The position numbers and the translations under genes were made by a program. From contig JAXGPA010000001.1 of assembly GCA_040767195.1 (NCBI GenBank), positions 832,001-896,000 of the forward strand: 64,000 nt of DNA. Direction: 5' to 3'. This document shows positions 18,847-28,118 of this stretch, piece after piece. The notes under the pieces were generated by a model, which worked only from the letters and a program-made list of their open reading frames with translations, did no database searches and was not told the origin of the DNA. The stretch is from Syntrophales bacterium. Lineage in GTDB: Bacteria > Desulfobacterota > Syntrophia > Syntrophales > UBA6807. Within the stretch, counting starts at the first letter, position 1, and the number at the start of each line of letters is the position of its first letter.

Positions 18847-19701
18847 TCAGCCGTCAGCTCCGTCCGGTCCCGTTCCGGTGTATCGGTCGAGAATCTTTTC
18901 CATGGCGGCGTTCCAGCCCCGGGATCCAGGGTGAGGCGCCCGGATCACGTCCGGCCCGGAGAAGGGTTCGTATTGTCCGTCCGGATGGGGGATGAGGACG
19001 GGCATATCGACGGATTCAAGCATCGGAAAATCGTTGGGGCTATCCCCCAGCCCGACGGTGAGGGGCCTTTTTCCGAATTTTTTCCCCAGGATTTCCGTGA
19101 CCAGGCGGACGGCCTTCCCCTTATCCTGGTTTGCGCCGATGAGATGATGAAACCGTCCACCCCGAGTCACCCGGAGACCCTCCAGGGCGGCCCGGTCTTC
19201 AATCTCCGGGAGCGATTCCTCTCGTTCAAGGAGAAAGGGCTCGGTGAATTCCCGCGCTGCCGCCCGCAGGGCCTCATCATGAGAGAGATCGGTGAGGCGG
19301 CTGATTTCCGTCGCCTCCATGTCCCCGAAACCGCGGACGCCGTAAGATGGATCCAGGGTTTTCATGAAACGGCGAATCTCCCCGTAGGGCTTCCCAAGAC
19401 GGACGAAAACATGGGGCGGTGAAATGATTCCTCCAGGAACCCAGGGGGCGTCCGAGGCGGGAAAGAAAACCCCCCCGCCGTTTTCGGAAATGAAGGGATC
19501 GTGGAATCCCAGGAGATCCCGGAGCGATTCGATTTCCCGCCTCGTCTTGCTTGTCGTGAAGATGAGGGGAATACCTCGATTTCGAAGCCTCTCCAGGGCG
19601 GGACGGGCGGCGGCAAAGGAATAGTCCTCATGATCCAGAAGGGTCCCGTCGAGATCGGTGAAGACGGCCATCCTGTTTTCGAGGCGAGTCGTCCCGTCCA
19701 T
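18847..19701 (-). CDS. Mannosyl/glucosyl-3-phosphoglycerate phosphatase (HAD IIB, MpgP/GpgP/YedP family)
   Basis: DLDGTLLD, TSKTRREI, ENGG, GGRFHH, DKGKA, GLGDSPND. Confidence 0.88.
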   Translation of the reverse strand: MDGTTRLENRMAVFTDLDGTLLDHEDYSFAAARPALERLRNRGIPLIFTTSKTRREIESLRDLLGFHDPFISENGGGVFFPASDAPWVPGGIISPPHVFVRLGKPYGEIRRFMKTLDPSYGVRGFGDMEATEISRLTDLSHDEALRAAAREFTEPFLLEREESLPEIEDRAALEGLRVTRGGRFHHLIGANQDKGKAVRLVTEILGKKFGKRPLTVGLGDSPNDFPMLESVDMPVLIPHPDGQYEPFSGPDVIRAPHPGSRGWNAAMEKILDRYTGTGPDGADG

Positions 19702-19710
19702 GACAATCAG

Positions 19711-20508
19711 TCATTCCCTTATCCGGATTCGGAGTGGAAAGTCCTTCGCACCGTTCAGCGAAGAGATGCTCAGTTGCGAAGCGGCATTTCCACCGGGCAC
19801 GGCGATCTCGAGAAGACCGAAGCTGTTGAAAAGAGCCACCAGAGGCTCCCGGGTGTCATAATGGTCCGCTATCCTTTCCACGGAACGCCCGGCGATTTCC
19901 AGTGAAAAGGAAGACAGCCCCACGGTCCTTTCCAGGGTTTCCCGGGTCAGGGCGAAGATGAGGTTGCCGAAATGGTCCACGTGAACCAGGGGAACCTCCA
20001 GACCCCAATCCGTTCTGCGGACCGAGACGCCGGGCAGGGTGACGATCCCGTCCTGAAAGGACCCGAGCCTGAAAACAGGGATGCCCCGGTCCAGGTAAGC
20101 CGCCGCGGGGGCGAAAACATCCCGGCCGTGGAACGTGCCGCCCGGGGCGCTTTTCAAGTGGAACTCGGGCCGGTCCAGGGCCACCACCTGTTTCGGCGTC
20201 GCCGGAACCGTTTCGACAAAGCTGAAAAGGCCATTGTCGGGACCGACGAAGTAATAGTCCCCCGCCCGGATCGCCAACGGTTTCCGCGACGTTCCCACAC
20301 CGGGATCGACCACGGCGACGAAAACCGTCTTGGCGGGGAAAAACGGGTAGGACTGCTCCAGGAAAAGACGGGCCAGGGCGATGTTCCCCGGGGGGACCCG
20401 GTGGCTCAGGTCGAGGATTTCCGAGGACGGGGAGATCTTCTTGATCACCCCTTTCATGATGCCCACATAGGGGTCCGAAAGTCCGAAATCGGTGATAAGA
20501 ACGATCAT
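19711..20508 (-). CDS. SAM hydroxide adenosyltransferase (DUF62; chlorinase/fluorinase superfamily)
   Basis: ITDFG..DPYVG.MKGVI, VVDPGVG, GPDNG, TFHGRDVFAP, DHFGN. Confidence 0.9.
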   Translation of the reverse strand: MIVLITDFGLSDPYVGIMKGVIKKISPSSEILDLSHRVPPGNIALARLFLEQSYPFFPAKTVFVAVVDPGVGTSRKPLAIRAGDYYFVGPDNGLFSFVETVPATPKQVVALDRPEFHLKSAPGGTFHGRDVFAPAAAYLDRGIPVFRLGSFQDGIVTLPGVSVRRTDWGLEVPLVHVDHFGNLIFALTRETLERTVGLSSFSLEIAGRSVERIADHYDTREPLVALFNSFGLLEIAVPGGNAASQLSISSLNGAKDFPLRIRIRE

Positions 20509-20771
20509 GGAAGGTCCTTTCCTCCGGGGATCACGACGGTCCAGCGGTCGAAGAGGGCGTGATAACAGAGGATGTATTCCCCGCCTTCTTCCGTGCGCAC
20601 CTTGAAATAATCCAGCGGCGGGCGTCCCGGGTCGGTTCCCCCTTCGTACCACCGGTCAAGAATGTCCGTGACGACACGGCGCTTTCCCCTGAAGACGAAG
20701 GCCCTGGGCCGCTCGTTCACCTTGTAACCGCTGTAGCATTCCACGAAGACGACTTCCGTCTCCATGGCCAT
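20505..20771 (-). CDS. Small hypothetical protein
   Basis: VECYSGYKVNERPRAF...ILDRWY...YFKVRT; sits in the operon, overlapping the next gene (ATGA). Confidence 0.7.
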   Translation of the reverse strand: MAMETEVVFVECYSGYKVNERPRAFVFRGKRRVVTDILDRWYEGGTDPGRPPLDYFKVRTEEGGEYILCYHALFDRWTVVIPGGKDLP

Positions 20772-20805
20772 TGTTTCTTCTCCCTTTTTTTTCGGGGATC
20801 GTCTC

Positions 20806-21888
20806 TCAATCTTCTGACAAGGCGCGAACCATGTCCTTGATCTCTTCAACCCGGTCGCCGGGGACGACAAGGGTCCGCTTGCCCGAGCGGACGATGACGA
20901 GGTTCTCCACGCCGAGGAGCATCACCGTCTCCGCCGGGTCTTCGCAGAAGACAAGATTCCCCCGGGCGTCCTGGCAAACAAGGTTCCCCCGGCGGCAATT
21001 GTCTTCTCCGTCCCGTTCCAGAAATTCCCGGAAGGCATGCCATCCCCCCACGTCGTTCCATGAAAAAAGAGACCGGACACAGCCGGCCCCGTCCACCTTT
21101 TCCATGATTCCGTAATCGATGGAAATGACCGGCAGGGCCTGGAAGGCGTCGTCCAGGGCCCCTTCCCAACGCTCCGTTCCAAGGGCTTGCACGGCCCGGG
21201 AAAGGATCCGCACGTGTTCGGGAAGATGGGCGGCCAGGGCCTCCTGGATGGCCCGTACGGTCCAGACGAACATGCCGGAATTCCAGAGATAGCGGCCGGT
21301 TTGCAGATAGTGCCGCGCCGTCTTTTCGTCGGGCTTCTCCTTGAACCGGGCGACCTGGAAGTGCTCAATGATGCCGTCATGACAGATTTTCGGGCCGAGT
21401 TCGATGTAGCCGTAAGCCGTGGCGGGCCGGGTGGGAGGAATTCCGAGAGTGTAAAGCCTCCCGCTCTCCCCGGCGGACCGGACCGCCGAGAGAATCGTTT
21501 CCTGGAAACGTTCCTTCGGTTCGATGAGATGATCCGCGGTCAGAACCATCATGACGGAATTGCCGAAACGGACGGCACAGATGAAGGACGCCAGTGCCAC
21601 CGCCGCCGCCGTGTCCCGCCGCAGGGGCTCGCCGAAAACATTTTCCGGCGGTAATTCGGGAAGCTGTTCCCGGACAAGGCCGACGAAAGCCCGGTTCGTC
21701 AGCACAAGGGTCCTTTCCGGGGGGACCATCCCTTCGAGACGGTCGAAACTTTTCTGGAGAAGGCTCCGGTCATCGAAGAGGCCGAGGAACTGCTTCGGTT
21801 TCCTTTCCGTGCTCAAAGGCCAGAACCGGGTGCCCGCGCCACCGGCCATGATCACCGCCACCGGCTGCTCCGTTTTGACCTTCACCAT
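20806..21888 (-). CDS. manC: Mannose-1-phosphate guanylyltransferase
   Basis: MAGGAGTRFWPLS..KPKQF, EPLRRDTA, ADHLI, YGYIE, FKEKP, WNSGMF, SIDYGIMEK. Confidence 0.92.
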   Translation of the reverse strand: MVKVKTEQPVAVIMAGGAGTRFWPLSTERKPKQFLGLFDDRSLLQKSFDRLEGMVPPERTLVLTNRAFVGLVREQLPELPPENVFGEPLRRDTAAAVALASFICAVRFGNSVMMVLTADHLIEPKERFQETILSAVRSAGESGRLYTLGIPPTRPATAYGYIELGPKICHDGIIEHFQVARFKEKPDEKTARHYLQTGRYLWNSGMFVWTVRAIQEALAAHLPEHVRILSRAVQALGTERWEGALDDAFQALPVISIDYGIMEKVDGAGCVRSLFSWNDVGGWHAFREFLERDGEDNCRRGNLVCQDARGNLVFCEDPAETVMLLGVENLVIVRSGKRTLVVPGDRVEEIKDMVRALSED

Positions 21889-21930
21889 GACATTTCCTTC
21901 TTTTCAAGAGGCCTGTGCCCCGGGAATCCG

Positions 21931-22290
21931 TCAAACCCTTCCGTAATCGTCGTCCCGGCGCTCGATGTCGTTCTCCTCGAAGGATTTTCCCGTCTGGACC
22001 TCTATGAAAACGAGGTCCTCCGTCCCCGTGTTTTCCACCCGGTGCCAGCCTCCCAGGGGGATGTCCGTCGATTCGCCGGCTTTCAACACCCTTTCTTCCC
22101 CGTCCCGGGTTACCCGGCCCTCTCCCCGGATCACGAACCAGTGTTCCCGCCTCTTTTCATGACGCTGGAGGCTGATCCGCGCCCCCGGGTGGACCACCAG
22201 GCGCTTCACCTTGTGGTCTTTTTCATCGGAAAGGACGACAAAAAATCCCCACGGGCGCCTGTCCGTCTCACCGGTCATTTCGTTCGCCAC
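21931..22290 (-). CDS. Type II phosphomannose isomerase C-terminal cupin
   Basis: RPWG, KVKRLVVHPGARISLQRHEKRREHW, HRVEN, IEVQTG, DDYGR. Confidence 0.9.
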   Translation of the reverse strand: MANEMTGETDRRPWGFFVVLSDEKDHKVKRLVVHPGARISLQRHEKRREHWFVIRGEGRVTRDGEERVLKAGESTDIPLGGWHRVENTGTEDLVFIEVQTGKSFEENDIERRDDDYGRV

Positions 22291-22347
22291 CTTTTTTCCT
22301 GTTCCCGCCGTCCGTTAAAGCTGGCCGGCGGTGCTCCATGATCCCTT

Positions 22348-23703
22348 TTACAGCCCCCTTCGGATTTCTTCAAGGGTCTCCTCGAAAAAAGAGCGGATTT
22401 CCCGAAGCCGTTCCTCCGTCGCCGCCTCGAAACGAAGGACCAGGACCGGCCCCGTGTTGGACGCCCGGAGAAGCCCCCAGCCGTCGTCGAATTCCACCCG
22501 CACACCGTCCACGTCGATGACCTCGAAACGGCCTTCCAGGGCCTCCCGGAAGGCCTCGACAACGAGGAACTTCTTTTCTTCCGGGCAGGGGATGCGTATT
22601 TCCGGCGTGTTGAACGTCTTCGGCAGGTCTTCCAGGTATGTCGAGACGGGGCCCCCTCTTGCCGAAACGATTTCCAGGAGGCGGCACGCCGCGTACAGGG
22701 CGTCGTCGAAGCCGAAATAGCGGTCGGCGAAGAAAAGGTGGCCGCTCATTTCCCCGGCGAGAATGGCTTTCTCTTCCCTCAACCTCTGCTTGATGAGCGA
22801 GTGACCGGCCTTCCCCATGACGGGGCGGCCGCCCCGTTTCCGGATGTCATCGTAAAGATTCCGGGAGCACTTGACTTCCCCGATGATGGTGGCCCCGGGA
22901 TGGTGTTTCAGGATCTCCCGGGCGAAGACGACCATGAGCATGTCCCCATAGAGCATGTTTCCCCGGTCGTCGATGACCCCGATCCGGTCGGCGTCGCCGT
23001 CGAAGCCGATGCCCAGTTCGAGACCTTCGGAAAGGACCGTGTTTCTCAATTCTTCCATGTTACCGGGCACCGTGGGATCGGGTTCATGATTGGGGAAACG
23101 GCCGTCCATCTCGAAATGGAGCGCCCTGACCGGGTTGCCGAGCCTCTCGAAAACCGGGCCCGCCGCCACGCCGCCGGTGCCGTTTCCGGCGTCCACGGCA
23201 AGCCGGACAGGCCTCTTCAGCCGGATGTTGGCCGCCAGGAAATCGCTGTAAGGGGTGAGCATATCCACGTCCCGTAAAACGCCCCCGGGCCGCGGAACGA
23301 ATTCCCTGTTTTCCAGGGCTCTTCGGAACGATTGGATTTCCTCGCCGAAGATCGTGTCGTATCCCCGGCATATCTTGAAGCCGTTGTATTCCGGGGGGTT
23401 GTGGCTTGCTGTGACCATGATGCCGCCGGCGGCCTGAAAGTGACGGAGGGAAAAATAGAGCAGGGGCGTGGGGCACACCCCGAGATCGAGAACTTCCGCC
23501 CCCGCGTCGAGAAGACCTTCCACCAGGGCCTCCCGGATCTGCGGAGAGCTGAGGCGGCAGTCCCGGGCCACGGTGATCCGTTTTCCCCCGGACGCCCCCA
23601 GCCGTGTTCCGTATACCCGGCCGACGGCCCGGACATCCTCCCCGTCGAAGTCCCGGCCCCAGACGCCCCGGATGTCGTATTCCCTGAAGATTTCCCCCTT
23701 CAT
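22348..23703 (-). CDS. Phosphomannomutase/phosphoglucomutase
   Basis: IFREYDIRG, TASHNPPEYNG, FDGDADR, GEMSGH, RASNT. Confidence 0.93.
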   Translation of the reverse strand: MKGEIFREYDIRGVWGRDFDGEDVRAVGRVYGTRLGASGGKRITVARDCRLSSPQIREALVEGLLDAGAEVLDLGVCPTPLLYFSLRHFQAAGGIMVTASHNPPEYNGFKICRGYDTIFGEEIQSFRRALENREFVPRPGGVLRDVDMLTPYSDFLAANIRLKRPVRLAVDAGNGTGGVAAGPVFERLGNPVRALHFEMDGRFPNHEPDPTVPGNMEELRNTVLSEGLELGIGFDGDADRIGVIDDRGNMLYGDMLMVVFAREILKHHPGATIIGEVKCSRNLYDDIRKRGGRPVMGKAGHSLIKQRLREEKAILAGEMSGHLFFADRYFGFDDALYAACRLLEIVSARGGPVSTYLEDLPKTFNTPEIRIPCPEEKKFLVVEAFREALEGRFEVIDVDGVRVEFDDGWGLLRASNTGPVLVLRFEAATEERLREIRSFFEETLEEIRRGL

Positions 23704-23846
23704 CACCGGCTCCCGGCCCTGCCCCGCATCCACGGGACGGTATTTGTGCCGAAGGGGTACCTCAAGTGGAATGGATTGTCCAGTTTTTTTGAAAGGACCG
23801 GGGATACGCGGCGAAAAAAAAGAGAGGGGCGACGAAACCGTTTCTG

Positions 23847-24077
23847 TCAGAGGGGGCGGATCTCGTGGTAAGGAACTTGGCCCTTACGGAGGGCCGATTC
23901 GACGGCTTCACGGTCGGAGGCGGCAAAGCGGATGCACACGCCGCAGTCCGAGCTGATGTGCCGGGGAACGGGAATGACCTTGTGAGAAACGGCCGCCTTT
24001 TTCAGGGCTTTTTCTCCCATGAGGGCGGCGCTCGTGGATTCGAAAAGGACGACCCCGTAATGTTCGCTTCCGCTCAT
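23847..24077 (-). CDS. DUF3343-family protein
   Basis: LFESTSAAL.GEKALK, IPVPRHISSDCGVC; typical yedF neighbour. Confidence 0.8.
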   Translation of the reverse strand: MSGSEHYGVVLFESTSAALMGEKALKKAAVSHKVIPVPRHISSDCGVCIRFAASDREAVESALRKGQVPYHEIRPL

Positions 24078-24658
24078 ATCCGGATCAGCCTTCCCGCGGC
24101 GAAAAGGGTTTCCGCGATGGTGTACATGTTTGAAACCGTTCCCACGGCCAGTTTATCCTTTATTTTCAGAAAATCCAGGCAGGTTCCGCAGACGAGAATC
24201 TCCGTGCCCTTCCTCTCCATGGACCGGATGTCCTCGAGAACATCCGACCCCTCCGTGGCCAGGCGGGCTCCCGTGTTGTAAAAGATGACCGTGTCGGGCC
24301 GGGGAAGTCCCTCGTTCATCGTGTGAAAGAAGCTCCTGACGAGGACTTTCCCCAGATCCTCGTTCCCCCGGCCCATGGTGTCCGCCGAGATCACGACGAC
24401 CACCGGTCCCGTCTCCGGGGAAGGGTCCCTGGAAGGTTCTTCGTCTTTCTTCCGTGCTATCGCAATCCGCGTTCCCCGGTCCGTCTCCTCGACGGTTGCC
24501 GCGCACCCCAGGGCCCGGGCCAGGCGGCTCACGTTTTCCCGGGCGGCGGGGTTGTCCACGTAAATGACACAACCGCCCGACTCCTCCACGGCCTTCTTCG
24601 CCATCAGGACAGGGGCGGGACAGGCGAGCCCCCGGGCGTCGATTTCCTTTTCTTTCAT
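24074..24658 (-). CDS. yedF: Sulfurtransferase-like selenium metabolism protein YedF (TusA + DsrE-like domains)
   Basis: IDARGLACPAPV, MGRGNEDLGKVL, VCGTCLDF, GTVSNMYTI. Confidence 0.88.
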   Translation of the reverse strand: MKEKEIDARGLACPAPVLMAKKAVEESGGCVIYVDNPAARENVSRLARALGCAATVEETDRGTRIAIARKKDEEPSRDPSPETGPVVVVISADTMGRGNEDLGKVLVRSFFHTMNEGLPRPDTVIFYNTGARLATEGSDVLEDIRSMERKGTEILVCGTCLDFLKIKDKLAVGTVSNMYTIAETLFAAGRLIRI

Positions 24659-25842
24659 GACGATGGATCCTTCCCATGGATGAGCTGTCGAAGGGCTGCC
24701 AGGACCGTGTCAACGTCCTTTGCCTCGTTGAAGGCCCCCAGGCTCAAGCGGACGGTCCCCTCGGGAAAGGTCCCGATGGTCCGGTGGGCCGCCGGAGCGC
24801 ACTGGAGACCGGGGCGGCTCATGATGCCGAAATCTTCGTCGAGAGCGTATGACACCTCGCTGGGGGGTCTTCCCTCCACGTTGAAGGAAACGACGGGGGT
24901 CTGTTTATCGGCGTCCCCCGTCCCATAAACTCTAATTCCCCGGATCTCCTTGAGACCGTCAATGAGTCTTGCCGTCAGCCCGATTTCCTTCCGCCGGATG
25001 TAATCGATTCCCTTCTCGCGGACAAACCGGATCCCCGCCTCCAGGCCGGCGATTCCCACGGTGTTCGGAGTCCCCGACTCGAAACGGTCGGGAAGAAAAA
25101 GGGGGTGCTCCTCCGATTCGGAGCGGCTTCCCGTCCCCCCCATCATGAGGGGCCTGACCCGATCCTCAACGGACGAAGACAGGACGAGCCCCCCTGTCCC
25201 CTGGGGCCCAAAGAGGGACTTGTGTCCCGTGAAGGCAAGAAGATCGATGTTCATGGCCTTCACGTCCACGGGGACGGCCCCCGCCGTCTGAGCGGCGTCG
25301 ACGCAGAACAGGACGCCCCTCTCCCGGGCCAGGCGGCCGATGTCGGCAACAGGCATGAGGGTCCCAACGACATTGGAGGCGTGGGTCAGGTAGATCGCTT
25401 TCGTCTCCCGCCGGATGGCCCGGCGGACGTCGTCAGGGTCGATTACCCCGGCGGGCGAACAGGGCACCACGGTGAGGGAGGCACCCCGTTTCTCCATCTC
25501 CCGGAGAGGTCGCATGACCGAGTTGTGCTCCATCCCCGAGGTGACGGCGTGGTCCCCCGGCTCGAGTAACCCGAAAATGGCGATATTGAGGGCTTCCGTG
25601 GCGTTTTTCGCAAAAACCACGTGAAGGGGGTCTTCCGCCCCGAAAAGATCCGCCAGGGCTTCCCGGGTGTTGAAAAGAATCCGGCCCGCCTCGACGGAAA
25701 GACGGTGACCCGAGCGCCCCGGGTTGGCCCCCACATCACGGGAAAACCGCTCCATGGCCCGTAATGTTTCGGCAGGCTTGGGACAGGAGGTGGCGGCGTT
25801 GTCAAGGTACAGGATCCGGCGGGATTCCGGGGATTCGCTCAT
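24655..25842 (-). CDS. Cysteine desulfurase/selenocysteine lyase-like class V aminotransferase
   Basis: YLDNAATS, NPGRSGH, EHNSV, DAAQTAG, FTGHK, RPGLQCAP; start uncertain (25842 or 25905). Confidence 0.88.
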   Translation of the reverse strand: MSESPESRRILYLDNAATSCPKPAETLRAMERFSRDVGANPGRSGHRLSVEAGRILFNTREALADLFGAEDPLHVVFAKNATEALNIAIFGLLEPGDHAVTSGMEHNSVMRPLREMEKRGASLTVVPCSPAGVIDPDDVRRAIRRETKAIYLTHASNVVGTLMPVADIGRLARERGVLFCVDAAQTAGAVPVDVKAMNIDLLAFTGHKSLFGPQGTGGLVLSSSVEDRVRPLMMGGTGSRSESEEHPLFLPDRFESGTPNTVGIAGLEAGIRFVREKGIDYIRRKEIGLTARLIDGLKEIRGIRVYGTGDADKQTPVVSFNVEGRPPSEVSYALDEDFGIMSRPGLQCAPAAHRTIGTFPEGTVRLSLGAFNEAKDVDTVLAALRQLIHGKDPSS

Positions 25843-25999
25843 GGGCAATAGGAACTCTCTTTCGTGCGTTTCGCCTTTTTTTAAAGTTATCTCCTGACGT
25901 TTCAAAGGGCAAATTCCTATTCACCATAATCGAAACGAACTATTGACACAAGGAATACGAAGATTCCTCGTGAACCTTGAGGCGAACCAGGAAAGGGCA

Positions 26000-26240
26000 T
26001 GGCGAGGGAAGCCATGCGGACCGCCAGAAACAGGTAAGCGGCGAGGCCCGGGAATTCGATGCCGATGAGGTTGATCAGGCCAGCCGGGCCAGCTTTCGTC
26101 TCTTCCCCTCCCTGCCAAAGGTGCCGTTCTTTTCCAGAAGAACACCTCCCCGGCCGTTTCTTGCAAACCCCTGGGCCACGGCAAGGCTGACCACGCCGGC
26201 ACCGATAAGGACAATGGAAAATTCGCCGGCGTCAATAGTC
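26000..26240 (-). pseudogene. Remnant of an FAD-dependent oxidoreductase (LhgO/L-2-hydroxyglutarate dehydrogenase-like)
   Basis: N-terminal IVLIGAGVVSLAVA...LLEKNGTFGRE directly followed in another frame by C-terminal-type GLINLIGIEFPGLAA; the middle of the gene is absent. Confidence 0.6.
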
Positions 26241-26264
26241 AAGGGCTTATCACCCACGTCCGTC

Positions 26265-26296
26265 AAAAAAAAGAGGCAGCCCGCCGAGGCTGCCTC
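26265..26296 (-). terminator. Rho-independent terminator after the LVIVD gene
   Basis: Minus strand GAGGCAGCC-loop-GGCTGCCTC followed by a T8 tract. Confidence 0.8.
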
Positions 26297-26317
26297 CCTT
26301 TTGCGTCTTTCACGTCC

Positions 26318-27961
26318 TCACAGGCCGGGGCGGACGGCGCTGATACCGGCAAATCCGTATTCTTTCACGACTCCATCGGTATTCCGGTAGAGAGCAAAGG
26401 CCGCCAGGCCCTTGGAAGCGGAAATCTTCACACTGCCCTGAGGAATCGATTCCCCGCCCGTCATGGCGGCCACCTCATACTTACCGCTCCCCCGGGCCGG
26501 GATGGTGACACGGTAGGGATCCAGGGCCGTCCCGTCCGTCTGATACACCGTAAAGGTCGCTTCAACGGACGTATTGTTGGGATTGCAGACCATCACGGTA
26601 GTGTCCCAGTATTCGTTATCCGCCAGATGGGGAACGATGAGCGTTTCCGACAACTCCGGGATCAGGGTTTGATCGAACATGAAACGGGGAATGTCCGTTC
26701 TCATGGCGAAACAGAGACCCGTGAGATGCCGATCCGAGTGAACCTGAATCCACCCTTCCTCGTTCGGCCCTCCGTTGACGATACCGGCATACTGTCCGCT
26801 CGGGGGCAGGGTGGGAAGAGCCTGGCCATTCAGAAGATTCCCTTCGGTATCGCGAACATACAGGTATACGTGGGCACTTTCGGAAGGATCGCTGTTCCGC
26901 AGGGCCACGCCTGTCCCGTAACCCTTCGAGGAGAAAAAGGGAATGTAATAGGAATAGTTGACGAGGAGGGGCGAGATATCGATGATCCGAAGACCGTCCG
27001 AACCAGCGGCGAGGTAGGCGTATTTTCCGTAAACGGCGACGCCTCTCGGGTCGCCCACGGTTTCGCAGTATCCCGCCTCCGTCGGGTCGGCCGGATCGGT
27101 GAGATCGATGACCCAAAGACCGTTAGACCCGTCGGTGGAGCTCGCGTCGCTGGCAACAAAGGCCCATTGTCCCACAACGGCGATGTCTCGGTAATACTTC
27201 ACGATGGCGGGGTCGTAGCAACCCGCTTCCACGGGCACGGCGGGGTTCGACACGTCGATGATCCGAAGCCCCCTGTTGTAGTCGGCGACACAGGCGTACT
27301 GGTTATATAGCCCCACGGCATAAGCCTGGCCGCTCGTGTTGAAGTTCCCGATCTCGACGGGTGATGTGGGATTGGAAATGTTGATGATCGTAAGCCCGCC
27401 GTACTGATCGGCCACGAAGGCATAAAGGGAAGACACCGCAACCCCGTAAGCGCTTCCCGGCGTAGCGATGCTGCCCTCCGGGGAGGGCGATCCCGGTGAG
27501 CCCACGTCGATGATCTGTAAGCCACCGTTGCTGTCGGCCACATAGGCCAGGTCGCCCAAGAGAGCGACGCCCCTCGCGCTGCCGGGGGTGTCGTAGTAGC
27601 CCGTTTCCGTGGGCGAGGCGGAGTTGGTCACGTTGATGATCCGAAGGCCCTTGGAACCGTCGGCCACGTAGGCGTAATTTCCCGAGACCGCCACATCGTA
27701 GGCATACCCATTCGTATTGAAGGAGCCGGCTTCGGTGGGCGAAGCGGGATCGGTCACATCGATGATCCGAAGCCCCGAGTAACCATCGGCCATGTAGGCA
27801 TAATTTCCGGAAACCGCAACGGCTTCCGAAGTCCCCGTGAGATTGATGGACCCCACTTCGGTGAGGACTACGACCTCCCCGTGTGCCGGGGGGACAGCTT
27901 TCCATCCGGAAATCAAGAATAACATCAACAAGGCTGCTGCCGTAAAACCGATTCTTTTCAT
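26318..27961 (-). CDS. Exported LVIVD-repeat (beta-propeller-like) protein
   Basis: Signal peptide MKRIGFTAAALLMLFLI; about 7 repeats of ~42 aa (VAVSGNYAYVADG..GLRIIDV..P.SP.E.G); AGGAGG RBS. Confidence 0.88.
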   Translation of the reverse strand: MKRIGFTAAALLMLFLISGWKAVPPAHGEVVVLTEVGSINLTGTSEAVAVSGNYAYMADGYSGLRIIDVTDPASPTEAGSFNTNGYAYDVAVSGNYAYVADGSKGLRIINVTNSASPTETGYYDTPGSARGVALLGDLAYVADSNGGLQIIDVGSPGSPSPEGSIATPGSAYGVAVSSLYAFVADQYGGLTIINISNPTSPVEIGNFNTSGQAYAVGLYNQYACVADYNRGLRIIDVSNPAVPVEAGCYDPAIVKYYRDIAVVGQWAFVASDASSTDGSNGLWVIDLTDPADPTEAGYCETVGDPRGVAVYGKYAYLAAGSDGLRIIDISPLLVNYSYYIPFFSSKGYGTGVALRNSDPSESAHVYLYVRDTEGNLLNGQALPTLPPSGQYAGIVNGGPNEEGWIQVHSDRHLTGLCFAMRTDIPRFMFDQTLIPELSETLIVPHLADNEYWDTTVMVCNPNNTSVEATFTVYQTDGTALDPYRVTIPARGSGKYEVAAMTGGESIPQGSVKISASKGLAAFALYRNTDGVVKEYGFAGISAVRPGL

Positions 27962-28118
27962 GACCAAACGCCCTCCTTTCAAGTGACCCGTCAAAATGGT
28001 TCCCCTTTTTACTGCATTTATCCGTTAACACAATTTTCTCGTATTGTTAACCCCTGCCTGCTTGCTTTATGGTATTTTCCCGGTTATATTTATACAAGTG
28101 AAAGGGTAGAGGCCCGAG

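Noticed and set aside
19711..20508. Fluorinase or chlorinase
   Set aside because: Has the DUF62-type VVDPGVG..R and TFHGRD motifs typical of SAM hydrolases; no halometabolite genes nearby
27000..27850. ~126-nt periodic DNA repeats as a CRISPR or other array
   Set aside because: Degenerate coding repeats of the LVIVD protein; no identical repeat-spacer pattern and no cas genes
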